Source: a virus
Lineage: Duplodnaviria; Caudoviricetes
DNA length: 43,288 nt
Direction: 5' to 3' (one strand)
Virus record (IMG/VR): IMGVR_UViG_3300017912_000540
Coordinates: 1 to 43,288 of that record
The translations under genes and the position numbers were made by a program. Each line of letters opens with the position of its first letter. The stretch's first letter is position 1. Shown here one piece after another: positions 38,563 to 43,288 of the stretch. The notes under the pieces were generated by a model, which was not told the DNA's origin, made no database searches, and saw nothing but the letters and a program-made list of their open reading frames with translations.

Positions 38563-38585
38563 AAAAAAAGCACCCTTGCGGGTGC
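38563..38585 (-). terminator. Intrinsic terminator
   Basis: GCACCC-GCAA-GGGTGC (GNRA loop) plus T7, immediately followed by ATG. Confidence 0.85.
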
Positions 38586-38609
38586 GGATATATTGCTTGA
38601 GTGGATAAG

Positions 38610-38942
38610 TTATGCAGCGATGTGGTCGCTTATTGTTTTTTCTCTATGTGGACTATGCCCAAATTTGGCTCTCATCCAATGGAGCCAGTTTCTACTACCT
38701 TTATCCTGATTGCACTTTTGACAGGCACATACGACATTGGTCGTAAGATCCTGTCCACCTTTTGAACGAGGTTGGACATGATCGAGTGTAAGTTCGTGTA
38801 ATTCATAATTTTCTCCGCAATAAACACATTGACAATTGAAGTGCTCTTTAATAGCTCTTCTCCAGAGCCTTTTAGAATCTGAACTTGTCATGGTTATTAA
38901 GTTGTGTAAGTAATGTTTTGGACTAGGTAATAGAGGGGTCAT
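38610..38942 (-). CDS. HNH endonuclease
   Basis: CVYC...TLDHVQPRSKGG...NVVCACQKCNQDKG. Confidence 0.93.
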   Translation of the reverse strand: MTPLLPSPKHYLHNLITMTSSDSKRLWRRAIKEHFNCQCVYCGENYELHELTLDHVQPRSKGGQDLTTNVVCACQKCNQDKGSRNWLHWMRAKFGHSPHREKTISDHIAA

Positions 38943-39172
38943 TTACGTATTTTGAGTCTGCTTTTTCGATTTACTGATGGGCTTTGGAGTCTGCCTTTGG
39001 TTGTGCTTCCCTTGTAGTGGGCTGCATCTTTACCATCGCCATTTCCGTATGTACCAAGTTTTCGATTAAGTTTGTTCGCATTGACACGTAGTTTTAATCC
39101 CTTTTTCGTTTTGTTGTATTTTTTTTGTTGGCTTTTATAGTTGCCGTTAGCGTATTTAGCTCCGCCTGCCAT
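38939..39172 (-). CDS. Small basic protein with degenerate HNH-like motif
   Basis: GDGKDAAH...G.LQSPSVNR. Confidence 0.6.
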   Translation of the reverse strand: MAGGAKYANGNYKSQQKKYNKTKKGLKLRVNANKLNRKLGTYGNGDGKDAAHYKGSTTKGRLQSPSVNRKSRLKIRK

Positions 39173-39398
39173 ACATCCTCTCCTTTACTAATTCGGGATC
39201 TATCTGTGGCATAACTTTCGCCAATTTATCTAATGGGTTGCCATCGTATGCAACACCGGTAATATCATTTGACTTCAGCCAATCACAGGCTGCTTTTAAG
39301 TCTTGAGTGGTAGCTTGACCACTCTTGACTCTTGATAAAAACTCGTTTGTGACCAACTGATGTAGTTCGCTGAACTGTTCTTCAGTTGCTTTCTTCAT
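39156..39398 (-). CDS. gp18: Terminase small subunit (DNA maturase A)
   Basis: ELH.LV..EFL.R..SG.AT..DL.AA..WLK.N.I pattern, size and position. Confidence 0.75.
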   Translation of the reverse strand: MKKATEEQFSELHQLVTNEFLSRVKSGQATTQDLKAACDWLKSNDITGVAYDGNPLDKLAKVMPQIDPELVKERMYGRRS

Positions 39399-39520
39399 TT
39401 TTTCTTTTTAGGAAAACCCTTTTTCATATTGGAGTAGTTTTTAGCTGTAATAGTACTTTTAGATTTTGGTCTGCTTGTACCAGCTCTTTTTCGCTTATTG
39501 ATATTTTCGTATAAACTCAT
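39395..39520 (-). CDS. 41-aa Lys/Arg-rich microprotein
   Basis: MSLYENINKRKRAGTSRPKSKSTITAKNYSNMKKGFPKKKK*; start and stop overlap its neighbours. Confidence 0.7.
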   Translation of the reverse strand: MSLYENINKRKRAGTSRPKSKSTITAKNYSNMKKGFPKKKK

Positions 39521-39579
39521 TACCTTTTACCTCCAGTTTTTTTTCCTCCTTTACAGGAGCCTTTTCCTTTGTGTGCCAT
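39520..39579 (-). CDS. 19-aa Gly/Lys microprotein
   Basis: MAHKGKGSCKGGKKTGGKR*; exactly fills the gap, TAATG coupling. Confidence 0.6.
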   Translation of the reverse strand: MAHKGKGSCKGGKKTGGKR

Positions 39580-39582
39580 TGA

Positions 39583-39822
39583 TTAACATTTCCATTTGCG
39601 AAGGGCAAGAGCCTTACGAGTAGGTCTGCCTTTTTTATCTTTCATTGGTCCTTTTACACCCGACATACGAGCACAAAATGATTTTTTACGAGAACCACCT
39701 TGTGGTTGAGGAGCCTTAAGATTAGAACCAGTTTCTCTGTTGTATTTTTCTCTACCTTTTTTAGTCAGTCCACCAGTTCTACTTTTATGTACTCCTATTT
39801 TTAGACGTACATTTTTACTCAT
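39583..39822 (-). CDS. Basic protein (DUF6321-like)
   Basis: GGLTKKGR...NLKAP...RKKSFCARM...ALRKWKC. Confidence 0.7.
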   Translation of the reverse strand: MSKNVRLKIGVHKSRTGGLTKKGREKYNRETGSNLKAPQPQGGSRKKSFCARMSGVKGPMKDKKGRPTRKALALRKWKC

Positions 39823-39824
39823 TA

Positions 39825-39980
39825 TTAGAGACCTAAGCCTTTTTTGACTATTGCTAATGCTTTGTCGTCCAGTTCGTTATCACTCTGGGCTACTAGCTTT
39901 TCTAATAATTCAACGACAAAAGTCTTGAATTTTGGTGACTTAAGTGCACTGAGCACGAATGGTTTAACGATTGCTAACAT
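39825..39980 (-). CDS. 51-aa amphipathic protein
   Basis: MLAIVKPFVLSALKSPKFKTFVVELLEKLVAQSDNELDDKALAIVKKGLGL*; fills the gap. Confidence 0.7.
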   Translation of the reverse strand: MLAIVKPFVLSALKSPKFKTFVVELLEKLVAQSDNELDDKALAIVKKGLGL

Positions 39981-40542
39981 CTTTTTTTAGTAATGATTGA
40001 ATAGGTACTACATCGGAACAAAGGTGATAGACCCTTGATCCAGGCAGTAGAGTGAAGCCTTTTTGCTGGAGTTCTGCACATTTAAGTGCTCTTACAAGTT
40101 CAAAATCCAGCTTATTTTTTTGTATCTGACTTTCTGCCATACGTTCGCATTGTTTTGTCAGATCTCTGTTTAAAGGAACTGAGAAGTTTATTTGAAACCC
40201 CCAGTTTTCTGTAATTACGTAACCATCTTCTGTCTGTGGTTCCGTATCATTGCCCATATAAAAAGGAGAAAAAGTCATCGTGCTTCCATTACACGAAATG
40301 TTATTACCGAAAGATTGACGACTTGGTGCTCCGTTATTTTGAAATTGGACAGCTTGATTCGTAACGTTTCCAGTTGCTGCTGCTACTGGGTTACTTGAAT
40401 TATTTGTGTCTCCTTCTGCAAGTACTGGACTTACTGAGAGAATACAGAGAGCGAAGTAGTAGTAGAGTTTATTGTGTAATTGCGTGTATAATCTCGCTGC
40501 TCTACTAAGCCTGCTGCTCTTGTTGTTGTTTCTAGTGACCAC
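39964..40542 (-). CDS. Hypothetical exported/membrane protein with several Cys
   Basis: Signal-like YFALCILSVSPVLA; beta-strand NWGFQINFSVPL; start uncertain. Confidence 0.7.
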   Translation of the reverse strand: MVTRNNNKSSRLSRAARLYTQLHNKLYYYFALCILSVSPVLAEGDTNNSSNPVAAATGNVTNQAVQFQNNGAPSRQSFGNNISCNGSTMTFSPFYMGNDTEPQTEDGYVITENWGFQINFSVPLNRDLTKQCERMAESQIQKNKLDFELVRALKCAELQQKGFTLLPGSRVYHLCSDVVPIQSLLKKDVSNR

Positions 40543-40793
40543 GGTAATGTGTTATCAGTAACTGTAAATACTGCATCACCACCAGATATACCAGCACTTG
40601 CTGATGCTGTAATGTTTGTACCAGACCAAGTGTTTAGGGCTGCACCATAAACTTGGACCTGTTCTGTCTCCACGATAGTTTGAGTTGTAGTAGTCGTAGA
40701 GTTCATTGACCCTGTAGTAAATTGTGGGGTCACTGTGTTGGCTCTAGCTATGCTGGGTGATAACAGAGCTAAAAGCAAGATTAATTTTTTCAT
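40431..40793 (-). CDS. Hypothetical Thr-rich protein with signal peptide
   Basis: MKKLILLLALLSPSIARA| is a classic Sec signal. Confidence 0.75.
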   Translation of the reverse strand: MKKLILLLALLSPSIARANTVTPQFTTGSMNSTTTTTQTIVETEQVQVYGAALNTWSGTNITASASAGISGGDAVFTVTDNTLPWSLETTTRAAGLVEQRDYTRNYTINSTTTSLSVFSQ

Positions 40794-41095
40794 GCTTTTG
40801 GTTTATCTTTCATCGGACATTGTGGAGGCTTACTATTACCGTTTTTACCAGTAGTCAGCCCGAATGTAGCCAACGCGCCCGTAAAAACGCTGGCTACGAA
40901 AGTGATATCTGAGTTACCAGATTTTTTAACCATAGGTATATCAACGTAATTCATCGTGATTATGAAACCAGACCAAACAACAACGCCCAGTCTAACTAGA
41001 GTTCCGAGGACTTCTAGTTGATGTTCCTTTTCTTCACCTATGTCTTTTAATTTACCGATTAAACCTTTTGGCTTTTGGGACTTAGTTTCTTCCAT
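40790..41095 (-). CDS. Two-TM membrane protein (holin candidate)
   Basis: Two hydrophobic segments with charged termini. Confidence 0.6.
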   Translation of the reverse strand: MEETKSQKPKGLIGKLKDIGEEKEHQLEVLGTLVRLGVVVWSGFIITMNYVDIPMVKKSGNSDITFVASVFTGALATFGLTTGKNGNSKPPQCPMKDKPKA

Positions 41096-41430
41096 GCTGT
41101 TTTAAGTATTGGTTTCATAGCTGTTACAACCCATTTAAAAGCTGCTGTGGCAGTCAGGGTTGCAGCTACGGAAACGACTGCTGTTGTAGAAGCCGTTATA
41201 AGTATTTCGTTTTCAGGTAAGGGTACTTGAAAATCTATTATTGGTATATTGACGTTTCTTATACCTGTATCTACCTCATCTGTTTGTTCAGCTTGTACCC
41301 CATCAGGTTGCTTAAGGTCACTAGGTGGTATGACCATAGGAACGTAATAAGGTACGTCAGCTGTTGGTAAAGGTATTTCTACAGTTTCAATCTGTTGAAT
41401 CGGTGGAATTACTATCGTTGGTATTTCCAT
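41059..41430 (-). CDS. Hypothetical Pro-rich protein with C-terminal hydrophobic segment
   Basis: ILITASTTAVVSVAATLTATAAF followed by a basic tail. Confidence 0.65.
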   Translation of the reverse strand: MEIPTIVIPPIQQIETVEIPLPTADVPYYVPMVIPPSDLKQPDGVQAEQTDEVDTGIRNVNIPIIDFQVPLPENEILITASTTAVVSVAATLTATAAFKWVVTAMKPILKTAWKKLSPKSQKV

Positions 41431-41566
41431 CTTCTCTATCTGCTATAACAGCTTGAACAGCAATTATTTGTTCTTTACACTGAGCTTGTATTTGCAAAGC
41501 TTCATTGTATTTATTAACTAAATTTTGTAAATTTTCTTTTAGTTTTTCTGTGGATGGTTTTGTCAT
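41387..41566 (-). CDS. 59-aa coiled-coil protein
   Basis: MTKPSTEKLKENLQNLVNKYNEALQIQAQCKEQIIAVQAVI...; fills the gap after the fibre gene. Confidence 0.6.
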   Translation of the reverse strand: MTKPSTEKLKENLQNLVNKYNEALQIQAQCKEQIIAVQAVIADREDGNTNDSNSTDSTD

Positions 41567-41575
41567 AATTAAATT

Positions 41576-43135
41576 TTATGCAGCTTCTAATGCTGCGACT
41601 TTAGTTTCTAAAGATGTAACTTTTGCAGATAACTCCTGTATTGCTTTGGTTAATACAGGTACTACTTCACCCATCTCTAATGCATAAGCTTTAGCGTAAC
41701 CTTTTTCATTTGGTTTATCTGCTTCATCTCCAAGATAGTTGACACATTCTGGTATATGCTCTTTTATTTCTTGAGCAATAAAACCAAGATTAATATTGTC
41801 ATCTCCTTGTGGTTCTAATTGTGAGTTGACTAGTTGATATTTGCGTGGTTGTAATTTATTTACTACATCTAATCCATAAGGGCAATCAACAATATCAGTT
41901 TTAGCTCTTCTATCAGATGTAGCATAAGTACCACCATCAATAATTAAATTGACGGAAAAATCATTGCCAGGAGCACCTCCTGTCCAAGATTCATGGGTAA
42001 AACCTGTTCCATGAATCCTAAAATAAGCACCATCATCAGTATTGTTTGTATTATCATTGCAGTTTCTTTGCACACTAATGGAAGGTTGATTTCCCCATTC
42101 TCTATCAATTTTGATACCAGCTTGTCCAAATTGAACACCACCTGTATGATCTACTGAAAATGCACGTTTACCATTTGTGCTTTCACCTGCCTTATGATAA
42201 ACACTAAAATGATCGTAAGTATTTCTCCCATCATTTCTACCGCCATCACTATTTATAACTACAACACAACCACCTTTTGATTGTATTCTTGCCCAATGAC
42301 CATCATTCTGATCGCCATAACTAGTTGCATCAGGATAGTTAGTTACACCAAATAAAGTGGCGTAATCATTAGTATTTTGACCAATTTCAAAATGTATTGC
42401 GTTTTCATGGAGAGTTCCGTTGCAATCGTGATAAACTCCATTAGAACCTGTAGCAAATTTCTTTACATTGTCATTGTAAAGTTCTACTCCAGCGTTAGCA
42501 AGGCAAGCTATATGTTGTTCGTTATTACTAGCTCTTAATCTAATAATATTCGACTTAATATTTAAATCTCCAGTATTATTATCAATTTGGCTGTTCGTAC
42601 CACTGTGATAAATTTGTAGGTCATTACCAGCTCCGAGATTAATCTTGTCGCTATCGTTTGCTATAAAGATATCATCTTTGAAAAATGTACCTGTTCCGCT
42701 TACTCTAAACTTTTCAGTACCACCATCATGTACTTGGAAACTACCTACAATGTTGTTAACAATAGAATGACTACCATCGTGATAAATTTTTAAATCTCCA
42801 CCAGTTCCAAAAATTGCCTTATCGTTATCAGCAAAATCAATATCGTTACCGTTACTTTGTAAGTCACCACCTAACTGAGGACTTGTATCTGCAACCAAGT
42901 CTGTGTTTACTGTTTCAAAGCTAGGATCTGCTCCGTTGTTTGCTCGTAAGAACTTGCCATCGTTAGATGATGTGCCGTGAGGTAGTTTATCTAAAGTTAC
43001 TGCTTGGTCAGCTATTGCTGCCGTATCGACTGCGTTGTCCGCTATCTCACTAGAACCCACAGCGTTTGCGGGTATCTTCCCTGACGTAACGGCATCATCT
43101 TTGACACCGTCCGTCCCAATTTTTGTTAATGCCAT
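41576..43135 (-). CDS. Tail fibre/spike protein with C-terminal intramolecular chaperone (Peptidase_S74-like) domain
   Basis: KIxDxAV repeats, DL.IYH.G repeats, SDRRAK cleavage motif, LGFIAQE and a terminal coiled coil. Confidence 0.88.
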   Translation of the reverse strand: MALTKIGTDGVKDDAVTSGKIPANAVGSSEIADNAVDTAAIADQAVTLDKLPHGTSSNDGKFLRANNGADPSFETVNTDLVADTSPQLGGDLQSNGNDIDFADNDKAIFGTGGDLKIYHDGSHSIVNNIVGSFQVHDGGTEKFRVSGTGTFFKDDIFIANDSDKINLGAGNDLQIYHSGTNSQIDNNTGDLNIKSNIIRLRASNNEQHIACLANAGVELYNDNVKKFATGSNGVYHDCNGTLHENAIHFEIGQNTNDYATLFGVTNYPDATSYGDQNDGHWARIQSKGGCVVVINSDGGRNDGRNTYDHFSVYHKAGESTNGKRAFSVDHTGGVQFGQAGIKIDREWGNQPSISVQRNCNDNTNNTDDGAYFRIHGTGFTHESWTGGAPGNDFSVNLIIDGGTYATSDRRAKTDIVDCPYGLDVVNKLQPRKYQLVNSQLEPQGDDNINLGFIAQEIKEHIPECVNYLGDEADKPNEKGYAKAYALEMGEVVPVLTKAIQELSAKVTSLETKVAALEAA

Positions 43136-43136
43136 T

Positions 43137-43286
43137 TTAGTAAGGAGAATTTCCTAGTAGCGTTTTATTCCACTGAGCTTTTAGTTCAGCTTCATCTGAA
43201 GCTGCATCTATAGCACTATCAGCAGGTGCATCTCGTAATGCTTGTTTTTTAGATACTATTGCAGTTGTATCTGAATTGGTTTCTAA
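43137..43286 (-). CDS. 3' end of a tail-fibre-associated (assembly chaperone-like) protein
   Basis: ...KKQALRDAPA...ELKAQW...SPY*; truncated by the window edge. Confidence 0.55.
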   Translation of the reverse strand, partial: LETNSDTTAIVSKKQALRDAPADSAIDAASDEAELKAQWNKTLLGNSPY

Positions 43287-43288
43287 AG

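Noticed and set aside
74-41687. All plus-strand ORFs in the ORF track
   Set aside because: They are antisense shadows of well-supported minus-strand genes, or span attP/leader regions, and show no recognisable motifs. T7-like genomes are unidirectional.
11562-42141. Short alternative-frame minus-strand ORFs nested in gp11/12, psbA, RNR, pol, primase, MTase, terL and the fibre
   Set aside because: They lie within conserved genes and lack motifs or ribosome-binding signals.

Overview
Near-complete, circularly permuted genome of a marine T7-like cyanopodovirus (Autographiviridae, resembling Prochlorococcus phage P-SSP7); essentially all real genes are on the minus strand. Reading along the minus strand from the presumed genome-end region (~33.5-33.9 kb) the order is: early accessory genes (including a GP88/radical-SAM-like Cys-rich protein and a short C5 DNA methyltransferase), MarR-like regulator, tyrosine integrase, attP (5' half of tRNA-Leu), single-subunit RNA polymerase, SSB, endonuclease I, primase/helicase, a DNA polymerase split into two overlapping ORFs, exonuclease, a small class I-type ribonucleotide reductase pair, portal, scaffold, hli, psbA, a glutamine-II (Downstream-peptide) riboswitch with its YRG micropeptide, capsid, tail tubes, internal virion proteins and the start of the tail fibre. 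At the other end of the window come a second fibre, membrane and basic microproteins, terS, HNH genes, terL and talC. The middle of the tail-fibre region lies outside the window. The most unusual signals are: four intergenic tRNA-mimic elements (acceptor-like stem stacked on a T-arm) with different sequences but the same fold; several dispersed sequence motifs (candidate phage promoters and integrase arm sites); a promoter placed to drive the attP tRNA half; and a 570-aa HNH/GN-repeat/hydrophobic-helix protein inserted between terS and terL. All calls are by eye from sequence motifs; no database searches were run.
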